Part shown: positions 13,409-29,809 of the stretch, one piece after another
Position numbering within the stretch: position 1 is the stretch's first letter
Layout of the letters: each line of letters starts with the position of its first letter
Assembly (NCBI GenBank): GCA_964016885.1
Contig: OZ024741.1
Span: 80,786,001-80,850,000, forward strand
Origin: Eledone cirrhosa
Taxonomy: Eukaryota
Direction of reading: 5' to 3'
Length of the DNA stretch: 64,000 nucleotides
Translations under genes and position numbers: made by a program
The notes under the pieces: model-generated
The model's input: the letters and a program-made list of their open reading frames with translations, nothing else
Databases searched by the model: none
Told to the model about the DNA's origin: nothing

Positions 13409-15578
13409 AACCAGTAAGACCCCGACAGCTGAGCTCAAGCCGTTTCGACGGCTAATTCTGGAATAAATGAAAATTTATCCTGGTATTTAAATAGCCGATC
13501 TTCTCAAGGGGTAATTCCATATATGGTCAAAGTGATTGTAAAAAATCAGTAGTAATTCTGTGGTTGCAAATTAGTAGGTGAGATGGTGGCTAAACCTGCC
13601 AGTAGGAGAAAGAGGGGAGGGGTGGAGTAGACCCAATCAAGCGTTGGTAGTGCCAGCTACAGCTGGGCATGAGGTCAAAGAAGATACAGGGGAGGGGGAG
13701 GGGGAGGAAGTCGGATCGGTAGGTAGAACAATGGGGGGTAGAAATATATAACTTCGCACAAAACATCGTCTCCTCTAACAACAAAAAACTCAACCCCGAT
13801 GGCAGAAATAACCTAAATAGCAGTGGAGAACCGACCAGGAGGTGTAACTGCCCGGATAGATCTATTTGCCCACTCGACAATAGATGCAGAGACCGTAATG
13901 TGATCTACCAGTGCAACGTGAGGACGGATACCTCCAACAAAGCCTATATAGGACTTACCGCATGTGACTTCAAGACCCGGCTATACCAACATAGACATAC
14001 CTTCCGAAACCCGGCCCGGCGTCACGCCACTACACTTTCGGGCCACATATGGGACCTCAAGGACAACAACATCACCTATGATCTCACTTGGAGATTACTG
14101 TCCAGAGCCAATTCTTACACTGGAGGACGCCGTCCGTGCAATTTATGCTCGGAGGAAACTTTACAAATGCTGTTTTCGACGGACCAACTCCTAAACAAGA
14201 AAGATGAACTGGTCACTGCATGTAAACATAGATTGCGTAGGACTTACCTCGCCCTCAAACCCCATAATGACCCGGGGGGGGGGGGGGGGTAGACTAGGGC
14301 TATAACACCCCACTTGCCGATTTTGCAATGGGTAACCCCTGCTTGCCAAGGAAGACGTAAGATCTTCTTTGTATTCTTTTATCGCTTCCTTTATTTCCTT
14401 CCCCCCTCCCCCCTCTCTCCTTAGTCCTTCTACCCCAGCTCTTCTCCTTTGTCGGCGTCTTTTCTCGCCCACCCGAGGCTGCCCTTTGGCCCCATGTAGC
14501 CTTAGTACCCCCACCACCCCTCCCCTAGTCTATGATAGATTTGGCGGACTCCGCCCTTTATAGCAGTTGGCTTAGACCCCGGATACTTGCCCCCTTTTTC
14601 CGACCGCTCCCACTATTCTCTGTGCCCTCTATATTTCTTAGTGGCACTTATGCCTTATTTTTTCGTTTCAGTATTTCTTGCTTCGCTTTTCTTCTGGGCG
14701 GGGTGGATTCTGAATTTATTTCTCCGTATTCTACCTTTATTTCGTACGAACTTTCATGTAGCTTGTTTTAGATCTTTTAGAGTTAGCATTAGTATATATT
14801 TTTCTCGGGACTCAGAATTATTATCTCGTACAAGTTCACTTTGCTGCACTGGGTCGTTGCTGGCCCGGGATGGAAACCTTTATTGTTTATTTCGTGGTAG
14901 TCTCTTTAGTATTTTGGCCCCTTTTGTTGACCCGTCACCGTATCATTTACGTACTTATACCTCTTAAAAGGGTCCTTGCTTATTCCGTCCCACCTAGTTC
15001 TTTTACTTATTTCGTTATTTCTTTATTTATTTTTTTCTTTACTTCTTTCTTTCTTTATTTTATTCTAGCCTAACAATAGCCTGAGACCTAGGTCGTAGAA
15101 TTTAATTTACTTTACTTTTTTCTTTACACTTATTTGCTTTTCTTCACTCTCAGTATTTTTTCTTTCCTATATATTTCTACCCCCCATTGTTCTACCTACC
15201 GTTCCGACTTCCTCCCCCTCCCCCTCCCCTGTATCTTCTTTGACCTCATGCCCAGCTGTAGCTGGCACTACAAACGCTTGATTGGGTCTACTCCACCCCC
15301 TCCCCTCTTTCTCCTACTGGCAGGTTTAGCCACCATCTCACCTACTAATTTGCAACCACAGAATTACTACTGATTTTTGACAATCACTTTGACCATATAT
15401 GGAATTACCCCTTGAGAAGATCGGCTATTTAAATACCAGGATAAATTTTCATTTAGTCCAGAATTAGCCGTCGAAACGGCTTGAGCTCAGCTGTCGGGGT
15501 CTTACTGGTTCCTATTACCCAAGTATTGAGTACTTTGGTGCGTTATGGTCCACCTAGTTCCTTACCACATTTCCTTCG

Positions 15579-15580
<2 letters not shown>
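13406..15580 (+). mobile_element. 5'-truncated Penelope-like element with inverted pseudo-LTR
   Basis: ~345-bp inverted repeats (13406-13752 / 15169-15513) enclose a GIY-YIG fragment; (TA)n on both sides. Confidence 0.88.
13750..14292 (+). pseudogene. Penelope-type GIY-YIG endonuclease C-terminal fragment
   Basis: CNCPDRSICPLDNRC..NVIYQC..AYIGLT..FKTRLYQH..TTLSGHIW..CNLCSEE..LNKKDE. Confidence 0.88.
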
Positions 15581-15619
<39 letters not shown>

Positions 15620-15683
15620 GACACAGAGACACTCACAGACACATACACACAGACACACACACACATACACACACACACACACA

Positions 15684-15723
<40 letters not shown>

Positions 15724-15724
15724 T

Positions 15725-15777
<53 letters not shown>

Positions 15778-16073
15778 AGTATAGTACTCGTAGAAATGAT
15801 GGGGTGTGTAGTAAAATAATATTTGATTTAATAATTCATTTATTACAGCATTCTTTTGTTTGCATTTCCTCAAAACACTACAAATACAATATTTGTATAC
15901 CACAACAATTTCATAACTTTTTCCATCTATGGGGAAATACGTAAATTTGACATATTTACATGTTTTTATACTCATGTTTATAGACCAATGATCATGTCAA
16001 TAATTTTAAGAATAGTCCTTTAGAATACCGGTATATGTATATATAAATATATATGGGACCACCCATGTAAACT

Positions 16074-16162
16074 CGCATATCTGAGGACGTGTCGATTAAG
16101 AGTCGGGATCCGATCGCCTGATCAAACCCGAGCTGATCGATATTGAAACAGTTGAAATATGC
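16074..16162 (+). ncRNA. Hammerhead-like motif with degenerate cleavage site
   Basis: gcatat-CTGAGGA-..tcgat....atcga..-GAAAC-agtt-GAA-atatgc; same family as 55875-56105. Confidence 0.6.
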
Positions 16163-16216
16163 AATAAAGTTTCTTAAGAAGCTACAAATTTGACTTCCTA
16201 TTCTCTCTCTTCCCCC

Positions 16217-16271
<55 letters not shown>

Positions 16272-16343
16272 TATATATATACATATATATATAAATACAT
16301 ACACACACATACATATACATAGACAGACACACATATATATATA

Positions 16344-16375
<32 letters not shown>

Positions 16376-16808
16376 CATACAGACACATACACATACGAGA
16401 GAGATGATGTAGAAACGAAATTACCCCCCCCCCCCCCTCCACCACCACAAAAAAAAAATAATAGTAGGAAAAATAAAACAAGTCAAATAAAAACGAAATA
16501 AAACAAAACCTGAAAACTCACCTAAAATATTTAAACAGAACTGATAAGGGCAATTAGTTCTTTCGTGTTATATCGACAGATGTGTCAAAATTTCATTAAT
16601 AAAACAACCCACACGTTATCAGTTATACTTCACTCTCCATCCCTCCAGCTAACCACCAAACTTGTATGTCGTGCTTGCTCGGTATGGTAGATATAGCAAC
16701 AACAATCTTCTTTCAAATCATAATCTAGCTATAGGCGTAAGTGATTTTGCTGGTGGGGGGAGTGGCCTCGGGTTGACCAATGCCTTGTGAGGGAATTTTG
16801 GGAGACAT

Positions 16809-16858
<50 letters not shown>

Positions 16859-16927
16859 TGTATATATAGTGTATATATATATGAATGTATATATAGTGTA
16901 TTTTGCCGGTCAAACAGAAATTGAAAA

Positions 16928-17143
16928 TTAGAATTGGTGCTCTGAAATAGCTATATATATATGAATGTATATATAGTGTATTTTGCAATACACTGTATGC
17001 TTAATTAAATTAAAGTAAGTGAGTCTGTCACTACTCTAAAACAATAGCATAAGGTCTTCGAAATGCTTTTAATTAAGCATACAGTGTATTACAAAATACA
17101 CTATATATACATTCATATATATATAGCTATTTCAGAGCACCAA

Positions 17144-17150
<7 letters not shown>
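16928..17150. repeat. Inverted repeat element in (TA)n
   Basis: ~80-bp arms ttagaattggtgctctgaaatagct... / ...agctatttcagagcaccaattctaa; spacer related to 9750-9850. Confidence 0.75.
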
Positions 17151-18685
<1,535 letters not shown>

Positions 18686-18706
18686 TATATATATATATAT
18701 ATATAT

Positions 18707-18990
18707 ATAAAGAGGAAAATGCGAAGTTGAAGATGCTAGGGTCCTTTATTAATTGAGCCAGTATACATATTTCAATGACGATAGATATCGTCATTTCTTC
18801 AGACAGCAAAAACAAAAACATACACATTTTTTAGTCCGCTCCCTTCCACCCAACATTGCCTCGGAAATGTTACCTTTTAATTAATGTTTGCCATCTGAAA
18901 AAATCACGATATTTATCGTCTTTGAAATACGTATAACGGCTCAATTAATAAAGGACTCTAACATCTTCAACTTCGCATTTTCCTCTTTAT
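18707..18990. mobile_element. Fold-back element with hammerhead
   Basis: ~100-bp imperfect arms; minus strand CTGAAGA-aatgacgat-atct-atcgtcatt-GAAA; degenerate + strand copy near 18895. Confidence 0.75.
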
Positions 18991-19062
18991 TAATATACTC
19001 CGTCATCCTTGTTTTTAGGAAGTAATATGAGGTTGAGTGCTAGAATTACATCCTTGTAAACC

Positions 19063-19167
<105 letters not shown>

Positions 19168-19475
19168 CATATATTATATATATGCATATATACACATATA
19201 TTTATAAACATACCCCTCCCCCACACACACACATACACACACACACACATATGTTCTTCTTTGCACGTTGGACTACAGTCTTTATCATTCTCCCTTGTTT
19301 TACTATTTCCCTCCTTTTTATATTTTTTCTCCTACCTGTTTTATAATGGCTCAATTTGCGCTGGAATGGGGTGTATCAACCCTGGTGCACCGAGACCGCG
19401 GGGGTTTCCAGGTATTGACTTTCTATTGTAAAACTATATTCATTGATTAATCAATGAACCTTGTTTAACTTTTGG

Positions 19476-19514
<39 letters not shown>

Positions 19515-19677
19515 TTAGAAACACACAGATACATGCGGACACACACATATATACATGAATGCATCCGCACCCAACTGTGAGTTAAGGGTGCCAACTTCAC
19601 CGATGTTGCTCAATGAATGACTGGGACAGACCAATTCAGTTTGAACCAGACTGAACCAGTATCAGAGTTAAAAATAC

Positions 19678-20198
<521 letters not shown>

Positions 20199-20678
20199 TA
20201 CATATATTTACCACTGCGATTCTGTGTGTTTTTCTCTCTCTCTTACTGTTCCCCCATTCTCTCTGTTTTTCCCCCCTTGTCATGTCCGTTAACTCTTCCT
20301 CACACTTTCACTCACTCACTGTTTTTCTCTCTCTTCTCTTCATTTCATCCTGCACACCACGAACGCTATTTTTCTCTCTCTGCTCATAGTCTTCGTTCGT
20401 GTAGGATCTATTCTCTAAGCGCTCATATATTCACCTAGCTTACGCTAAACAGAATAATTTTTGAAGCTTGTTTCTGTCCTCTACGGTTAGCTATACTTTT
20501 TGTTGTTCTCCTGTCTCACTCGCTTTACGCGTTTTAATTGTCCTAATAACTTATTTTGGTTATTATTGCACCGACGTGAGATATATGATTTTTAATGCAA
20601 TGAAATATCTATGATCTTCGGCAAATCACTGATGAGGGACTTATTTTATTACATGTTATCCATGTGCTACCTGCAGTA

Positions 20679-20720
<42 letters not shown>

Positions 20721-20721
<1 letters not shown>

Positions 20722-20954
20722 TTATTAAAATAACAGATTAAAGTTTAAGCAAAGAATCGCTGCTTTCACCCTTAATGGGATCTTCTGAAACTCCTGAGTT
20801 TCAGAAGATCCCGTTAGGGGTGAAAGCAGCGATTCTTTGCTTAAACTTTAATCTGTTATTTTAATAAATATTTGCTCTACGGTTCTTATATATTTGATAT
20901 ATATTTATCCTTATCGAGCCCTCTTTGGATTTTAGTCTTCGAATTTATTATTAT

Positions 20955-20958
<4 letters not shown>
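20721..20958. mobile_element. Fold-back element (same family as 6472-6745 and 13268-13305)
   Basis: ~70-bp hairpin centred near 20794, plus a tail nearly identical to 6657-6745; variant core CAGAAGA..GAAA. Confidence 0.7.
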
Positions 20959-21027
<69 letters not shown>

Positions 21028-21031
21028 CATA

Positions 21032-21103
<72 letters not shown>

Positions 21104-21114
21104 CATACACACAT

Positions 21115-21165
<51 letters not shown>

Positions 21166-21176
21166 CATACACACAT

Positions 21177-21261
<85 letters not shown>

Positions 21262-21399
21262 TATATATATATATGCATATACATATACATTCATACACAT
21301 ATATATGTATGAATTAACGTTAACACAGGCAAACCTTTCCATTCCGCAAACATGGAAGCGTTTGCCTGCCGCATGTCAACCCCTTCGCATAATTGTGTT

Positions 21400-21485
21400 A
21401 ACATCTGATGATGACACACCGGTGCCAGTTGCTGTTGTAATGATTGCATAACAGCACCACACTGGTGTCACTGAAACACGTATTA
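21400..21485 (+). ncRNA. Hammerhead-like motif
   Basis: CTGATGA-tgacac..ggtg....cactggtgtca-ct-GAAAC-ac-GTA; stem I is weak. Confidence 0.5.
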
Positions 21486-21683
21486 TCCGATAAATACGAT
21501 TATGTAACTTGTCTTAGCGTTGATTCATACATAGAAACTCCATCGCGCTTGATTTTCCCCGAATTGTTGGACAGATGCGACCTGCTTACACTTTTTTATC
21601 AACGAGACGTCGCAACGCAACTCTTACGGATAAACAACACGGTTATTAGCATACATACGTATATGTATATGTATATCTATATC

Positions 21684-21717
<34 letters not shown>

Positions 21718-21799
21718 TGTATGTATGTATGTATGTATGTATGTATGTGTGTGTGTGTGCATGTTATCCACCCATCTAGATCATGGTCTACCTCTTCGT

Positions 21800-23050
21800 C
21801 TATTCTGTCAAACGATTCATTCTTTAGACATTCTAACCACATGTCTGTAGTATCGGAGCTGTGATCTCTCAACTCTGGGAAGCAGCGGCTCTGTATGGAG
21901 CGACTCTCTGATCTCTATCGAGTAACTTTACTCCAAAGACCCCTCAGGGTAACCTCATTGCAGCTGCTGTGGCAAAAACCACAATGTTCGTTAGCTAGCT
22001 TGTACTCGACAATATCTTTACATCTCTTTGCCAGTCATTTCGCATAGTTTTTAGCGAGGAGGCTTAAAAAGGAGCTTCCTCTATAATTAGAGCAATCTCT
22101 TTTGTCTTCCTTTTTGGACATTGGGATTATCACTCGCGAATGCCATTATTTTGTTGCCTTTCTAGAGATTCAGGCAACCCAGCGAGCCCGAGACAATCTG
22201 AGAGTACCTTCTTTATTTAAGGCTTTTAGCACCTCGGGCTAAATTTCATCCTCCGCAGTGGCTTGCCACATTTTAGCGCTTTAATTGCTCTGGTGACCTC
22301 AGCCTCCGAATCATTAGTTTTCGCTCCTAAATGCACTTCATGTACATCAGGAAATGTTGTGACCCGATTTAGAAGATATAAAATCGAATTTCAGTGTAGA
22401 GTTTATTGTTTCTGCTGCAAAAGAAATAAGACTTATTTCTTTGCTCGGATGGCATCTTCAACTTACTGATTAAACCATGAGTCATTCTTTCAAGCGGTCT
22501 CACACTTGAGATAATCTCAGGCTGCAGATAACTAGAATTGTCGACACCACTGAATCGAAGAGATCAGAGACAACTGTAATCGGATTTTCTGTTTTGGCGT
22601 ATACACTTGCACCATCTACAGGGGCTTTTCTTTCAGCTTAAGCTTCAAGAAGCATATCTTCTCTCCCAATGGGATTCATTCTGTTCCAACGGTCGGGGTC
22701 TTGTGAGTATCCTCAATGCTACCTATGTAGTCCTTTCTGGCAACAGATCTGAATAGTGGAGCTACCCCCCCCCAACCAAATCTATAGTACTAGAGTAACG
22801 GAGCTTTGTTGAGGAAAATAGATCTAGCTTGTGACATCTGACTTCCTCCACTAGTCCCTGCTCCTTACCTGTAAGGTGTGTAATGTTTCATTTGCCAATC
22901 GTTAATGTTTGCTCCCTTCTGGGCTCCTTTTAGGGTCTTGGGAAACGCAGCCTTTGTGCCTCAATTCCAGGCATCCCAGGACAGGTCACAGGCTCATCGC
23001 TAGTTTTTACGGCGTTAGATGAAGACTGCAATATATTTTTCAAATATTTT
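21800..23050 (-). pseudogene. Decayed non-LTR retrotransposon endonuclease/RT remnant (RTE-like)
   Basis: Minus-strand motif resembling KA.GEDEI.PEVLKAL followed by a DWQ-like segment; many stops. Confidence 0.55.
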
Positions 23051-23366
23051 CCTCTATTTAATGCCTGAACGCATTTCTTGTTACACCTCACGAAGGACGA
23101 TGCTGTATGATTGCTTTTATTGCATCTGATAATATTGCAGTTTTTTGGTGGTCTTATTCATGGCAGTCACCAGTTTGGTAACTTTCTCAGACTTACGAAG
23201 ACACGTCTTTTAGTGGCGGCCTTTACTCGCCTCGTCGTAACTACATGCCTGGGTCGTGAGAGTTTCCTTAAGAGCTAAACGTGTCACACATTGCCGTATC
23301 ACTAACCACCACATGCGACGTGTAGAACAGTTCACCAGTGAAATATCTATCTATCTATCTATCTAG

Positions 23367-23420
<54 letters not shown>

Positions 23421-23432
23421 GCCTGTCTACGC

Positions 23433-23576
<144 letters not shown>

Positions 23577-23668
23577 TCTTTTACCTCTTTTACCTGTTTC
23601 AGCCATCCGGCTGAGGCCATGCTGGGGCACCGCCCTTGTATATATATATATATGTATATATATGTATG

Positions 23669-23700
<32 letters not shown>

Positions 23701-24239
23701 TTTCTATGATTGTATGTATACTCATATACACACACGCGCACACATGCACACACGCACGCACACACCCACATATATATATATAAACAGAGAGAGAGAGAGA
23801 GCGGGGGGGGGGAGAGAAAGAGAGAATAAAAGAGAGCAATGAATAGTAAAACCGAAGGTGGGTGGGACGCGTGGGGCGGTTACACTAAAATCTTCTTAAA
23901 TCTCCAAGATCGGTCAAGGGTCATGATGGAAAATGTGATAAGTGGTTTGGTTGCTGTCACTGTGTAATATAATAAATTAAATTTAGTAGAATGTGCGGCT
24001 TTGTGGTTTGACATATTTTATAGAAGAGAAAGTTTTGTGGTCAGTGAGATTATTAAAGAAATGGAAACGGAGACACACACTCTCGCGTGTGTGTGCGCAC
24101 ACACATACCTTGCACACACACACACACACATAACCACGCATGCACACACACACATATATATATATATAGTGGTAATAACTTGTTAGAAATATCCAAGGTA
24201 TAGAACAACTCAAGTCCGTAGGGCGAGTTTTAATCTGTT

Positions 24240-24870
24240 ATTATTCCCAGTACTACAACGAATCCATTCCAGGAACGTGCGTTTCGTTGGTTAGGAGGAT
24301 CAGTTTTTCAACTAGACAGAGAGATGTAATCATAAAATTCATTACGGGCTGCATTTCTGCCTTTTTGGAGGTTGATGTTCCTTTTTGTTTGTAGTTAGTG
24401 ATTTATCATTGTCTTCTTTTTTTGAAAAATTGTTCTATTAGTCTGAGTCTTCTGCAGAAGTCCGAAATATTATCTTTAATTTCTGGTATATTTGGTTTTT
24501 GAGGAGTAGGTGTAAATTTTAGTCCTTTACCTAAAACGTTTATTTGTATGGGTGTTAGCGATTTTTGTGAGAGATAGATTATTTTCAGTTTCTCATGACT
24601 GTGGTCCATCCCATATTCCGGTATTTCTGGTTTCTTTCTAAAAATAATGGTTGTTAAGATAGGATTTCTCTATATTGTTCCTACTGCCAGTGTTGTTTAT
24701 GTTGTGGTTTTAGTAATTATTGTGTATATACATATTGTACATATTATTATCTTCCCTGTACCTGTTCCTTATGTGTTGACTTTGGTTCAGTCTGAAATTA
24801 TTTCTATAGTTCCGAGTATGGTGTTTGTTCTCTCTGAAGTTTCAATTTCTGATTGTTGTCCTGTCATTAT
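24240..24870 (-). pseudogene. Penelope-like element N-terminal ORF remnant
   Basis: IIYLSQKSLTPIQINVLGKGLKFTPTP..DFCRRLRL, resembling the PLE pre-RT L.KGLxF.P motif. Confidence 0.65.
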
Positions 24871-25052
24871 TGGATTGGCAGTATCGGTAGAGGGTCGGAC
24901 GCCATGCTTTCCAGCATAGTTACGTCCCTTTATGATCTGAGTTCAAATCCCGCCGAGGTTGACTTTGCCTTTCATCCTTAAGGGGTCGATAAAATAAAGT
25001 ACCAGTAATGAACTGGGTAATTGCTGGCCTTGTGCCTAAAGTAGAAACAATT
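24870..25052 (+). mobile_element. tRNA-derived SINE with Nin/Deu-like core
   Basis: A-box-like tggcagtatcgg, B-box gagttcaaatcc, core tttgcctttcatcctt..ggggtcgataaaataaagtaccag; many copies in the window. Confidence 0.85.
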
Positions 25053-26122
25053 ATATATATTTAAAAGGTCACTGTTTTCTAACAAAAGAAATAAACCCTT
25101 ACATTGCGAACCCCCTGTTCTAATACTGGGGTTAGTTATTTCCCCCCTCTTCTAATAAACGTCTAATATATAGAGGCCCCTCTTGCTGACCAGGGCAATC
25201 AAATTGTAAACTATCATACAAACCTTCATAATCTGCATTTTCAAACTTGCATATCATCGACATTGCTATTTCGCTGTTAATAAACAACGCTTTTCACGTC
25301 GCTCCACTTCTCATTGTATGCCGTCCATCCCCAAGTGCATATTTCTATTATTTTTCCTGAAACTGCTTCTTTATAATAAACTTTCAATAATATTTTTCAA
25401 AAACAGCGAAAGAACGTTGTGTTTGATATGTTATGAAAAAATTGATGAGTTTAAAAATTTGTATGAAATTGTAAATAAGACAATGAATATTGAAAGCGAC
25501 TACGGAAAATAACTCATCCGAGTATTATAACAGGGGGAAATAACTCACCGAAAGCGATAGTTAACGGGGACCACATTTTTCAAGTTAGAGATTTGAAACC
25601 TCGTCTATTTGCTTCCTTGGCACTTTACATAGGTGTGTAAATTTTCATGTCCGCCCGACCACGTCTACTACCATTTAACCGTGCACAACTGAATTTCAAC
25701 CACCACCCATTTCACAAATATATATTAGATATATTCACATACACAATGTATATATTCACATATATTCACATACACAAATTACCACAAAATTCTATGCCAA
25801 ATTACGTAATCTTCATCACCCTATCAAATTCTTCTTCAAGCTTAATGCAATCTGAGCTACTTTTATTTATAAAATCGAAAGAACTTCCCAACACCAGTTA
25901 GATGCGAGATATACGACGGCATAGCCAGACATTTCTCTAACTTTTGAAAATCATGAAACTTGTGAAACTGGTAAAGTTAAAGGTTAAACACCAATTGTAT
26001 TTACAAGTTCTTTCTCACATATATATATATATATATATGTGAGTGTGTGTGTGTGTGTATACATCTCTGTGTTTATTTTGTATATTGTGTGTGTGTTTAT
26101 ACACCCCGACCCCCCCCCCCCC

Positions 26123-26161
<39 letters not shown>

Positions 26162-26932
26162 TGAAGATTATTTTTCTTCTAAATGAACACAAAAGAAGGA
26201 AAAATAGCTAGTTTTAAGCAATATTACACAGCTAATACAAATTTTAGTTTTCTGAGAAGTAATTTTTTTTAAGGGAAGCACGTGACTTTGCTAGATTTTA
26301 GAATTATTTTGAAGAATATTCCTACTCTCAAGAAATAAAAAACCCGGCAAAGTAAAACTTTAAATGCAATATATACATGTATATATATAATTCAATACCA
26401 ATATATTTGTACATGTACAATAGGGTGGCCTTATTTTTTAACTTTCTAAAAGATTAACCCCTCACCCCCCCCCCCCCCATCTTGTTTCAATTAACAAAAA
26501 CAACCAATCTATGCAAAACTTTAGTTCAAGCGGACAACTGCAAGGCGACCCTTATCGACCGTGTAATTTTGAAGTTTTCGCCCGGAAAGTCATTTTTTTA
26601 GAAATAAAAGCTTGTTCAGACTTATTCTTGGTATTAGAAGGATAAGTGACAATAAATATAATGGAGGAAGGCAAGTTGCAAAGCTGGGGAAAGAGCGCAG
26701 GTATAGGGCAAACACCTATTTTTCGCTGTGGGAGCAGCAACATTTTAACTTTCGGAAAATTACCTATTGCTAAGGGCCGCCCTAATATACATATATCCGT
26801 ATGTGGTTGACAGCTGAGAGAAATGAGTACTCGGTATTGAGTAACATATATATGATATGTATATATATACTCTCCTTACCATCCTTTCTTTCATATTTCT
26901 TTTTGCTCCTCTTTTCTTATTGTATTTGTACA

Positions 26933-27790
26933 AGGAGAAAGGGAGAGCAAGGAGAAAAGGGGAGTAAGGAGAAAAAAGAGAAAGGATAAAAGGAGAGCAA
27001 GTAGAGCAATGAGAAAAGGAGAGCAAGGAGAGCAAAGTAAAAGGAGAGCAGGGAGAGCAGGGAGAGGAAGGAGAAGAGGAGAGCAAGGTGGAAAAGGAGA
27101 GCAATGTTAAAGGGAGAGCAGGGAGAACAAGGAGAGCAATGAGAAAAGGAGAGCAAGAAGAGCAATGAGAAAAGGAGAGCAATGAGAGCAAGGAGAGCAA
27201 GGAGAGCAATTAGAAAAACAGAACAAGGAGAGCAAGGAGAACAATGGGAAAAGGAGAGCAAGGAGAGGAAGTAGAAAAGGAGAGCAAGGAGAGCAAGGAG
27301 AGCAAGGAAGAAAGGATAAAAATAGAGCAAGGAGAATAAGGAATGCAATGAGAAAATGAGAGCAAGGAAAATAAGGAGAAAAGGAGAGCAAGGGGAATAA
27401 TGAGAAAAGGAGAGCAACGATAAAAGGAGATCAATGACAAAAGGAGAGCAAGGAGAGCAAGGAGAGCAAGGAGAAAAGGCAAGCAAGGGGAGCAATGAGA
27501 AATGGAGAGCAAGAAGAGCAAGGAGAGCAAGGAGAGCAATGGGAAAAGGAGAGCAGGGAGAGCAATGAGAGCAATTAGAAAAGGAAAGCAAGGAGAGCAA
27601 GGAGAAATGGAGAGCAATGAGAAAAGGCGAGCAAGGAGAGCAATGAGAAAAGGAGAGCAAGGAGAGCAAGGAGAGCAAGGAGAGCAAGGAGAGCAAGGAG
27701 AGCAAGGAGAGCATTGGGAAAAGAGAGCAAGGAGAGCATTGGGAAAAGGAGAGCAAGGAGAGCAATTTGAGTAATGAGAAAAGGAGAGGT
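26933..27790. repeat. Purine-rich degenerate GGAGAGCAA repeat
   Basis: 9-bp unit with AAAAGG/ATGAG variants. Confidence 0.9.
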
Positions 27791-28135
27791 TAAGGCAAAT
27801 TATGCGGGAAGCAGACAAAGGTGAAACATTCAACTTAAGAGGTATATTCTGCACCAAAATGACTTTACAAATATCGAGTTTGCATCTTTTCTAACTCCTG
27901 ACACAAAAACTTTCTTCACGAGATTTTCTATCAGCACCGATTTCCTCGACATGGAAGGATGATCCTGGTTATAAAAAGGGACTTGAAAAACTTGAGAAGA
28001 CAGTTGTTGCAGAAAAAGGTGTCAAATTCATTCAGGATTACAATAACATTCTCACAAAAGATGAAACAATTTGATTTACAGATCGTTACCAAAAACCGTA
28101 CATACCCTACTGCCACTAAATCGTCTCTTATGCAA

Positions 28136-28470
28136 AATAATTGTTTCTACTTTTGGCAAAAGGCCAGAAATTACCCAGTGTATTACTGGTACTTTATTTT
28201 ATCGACCCCGCAAAGTTAACCTCGGCGAGATTTGAACCTAGAATGGCAAGGGCCGTAACTCTATGCGTCAAAGCATGGCGTCCGAGCCTCTACCGATACT
28301 GCCAATCCACCGCCCAGCTCTTATGCAAAATAATTGTTTCTACTTTTGGCACAAGGCCAGCAATTACCCAGTGCATTACTGGTGCTTTATATTATCGATC
28401 CCGTAAGGATGAAAGGCAAAGTTAACCTCGGCGGGATTTGAACTCAGACCATAAAGGACCGTAACTCCGA
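28136..28470 (-). mobile_element. Two tandem tRNA-derived SINE copies
   Basis: Reverse complement of the 24870 SINE, twice. Confidence 0.8.
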
Positions 28471-28791
28471 AAACCTAATATTTCTTAAGTTTTTTATGTT
28501 ATTTCATGAATTTTTCAAATTAACTATTGGTAAATTTGATTCAGAACGTTTTGAAACATGTGTCCATATAAATTTCTCTAAGCAGAAAAAAGAAAATGTT
28601 CGAGATAGGAAACAGTATACCGCTTTTGAATAGAATTAATCGTTGAGTAAACTTCAAGGCGTTTGAGGTTCACCTAGCAGTTCTCCGATTTTGCACACCC
28701 CGTTTTGTTGTTGATTGGAACAAGATTAAAGGGTGGGAGCAGAAAAATGTTAACTTTCTGAAAATTACCTATTGCTAAGGGGCACCCTAAT

Positions 28792-28950
<159 letters not shown>

Positions 28951-28961
28951 TATATATATAC

Positions 28962-29246
28962 ATTGTTATACTTGGGGAGGGTTATATTGTTGTAATAATA
29001 TTGCCAGAATTAATAACAGAACACACTCACCGTTTGGTTGGTTTTCGCTTCTGTATCTTTTATATCAGTTAATTTATTCGGTCCTCAATGACTAACCAAC
29101 GGTCAAAAATACAGATATAATATAGACACAAACACATATATATAGTCTAACAAACTTCTTTCGTTGCACATCTGCAACATCGTCAGTGGTGCTATTATGT
29201 TTGCTCCTGTTGTATTGTATGTCTAAGCCATCTTTATTTAATCTGT

Positions 29247-29277
<31 letters not shown>

Positions 29278-29731
29278 TTTTTGTCTTCTCTGCGCATGCG
29301 TTTGCGTGTGTGTATAGTGTTTGATGTGTGTTCGTGTTTGGGTGACTGTGTTTTGGTTATTGTATTCTATCTTAGTTTACTAGTGTGTGTTTATATGTGT
29401 TTGTTGTTATTGTGCTTGTGTATGTATTTATTTAAAACAGATTAAATAAAGATGGCGTAGACATACAATACAACAGGTGGAAACATAATAGCACCACCGA
29501 CGATGTTGCAGATGTGCAACGAAAGAACTTTGTTAGACTATATATATGTGTTTGTGTCTATATTATATCTGTATTTTTGACCGTTGGTCAGTCAATGGTA
29601 AACATTGAGGACCGAATAAATTAACTGATATAAAAGATACAGAAGCGAAAACCAACGAAACAGTGAGTGTGTTCTGTTATTAATTCTGGCAATATTATTA
29701 CAACAATATGACCCTCCCCAAGTATAACAAT
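28962..29731. mobile_element. ~285-bp-arm inverted repeat element with hammerhead
   Basis: Arms 28962-29247 / 29437-29731; minus strand CTGACGA-tgttgca-gatg-tgcaac-GAAA; + copy has CCGACGA near 29497. Confidence 0.8.
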
Positions 29732-29771
29732 ATTTGTTTCGACACACGATTTCATATCAAAAACCTCGCAA

Positions 29772-29809
<38 letters not shown>

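Larger units (their letters stand above)
26421..28789 (+). mobile_element. hAT-type (hATm-like) element remnant
   Basis: Termini TAGGGTG..CACCCTA; flanks ATGTACAA / ATGTACAC (7 of 8 bp TSD); transposase C-terminal remnant at ~27900-28120; second right end at ~26727-26784. Confidence 0.65.

Noticed and set aside
24870-25052. tRNA genes
   Set aside because: The A/B boxes belong to SINE heads; no cloverleaf is evident
25110-25550. Possible MITE (cccctgttctaatact / agtattataacagggg) with an LCLICYE motif
   Set aside because: Termini and TSD could not be defined
26917-27857. Collagen-like (GEQ)n or Leu/Ser-rich ORFs
   Set aside because: Translations of a degenerate GGAGAGCAA repeat with frequent frame changes
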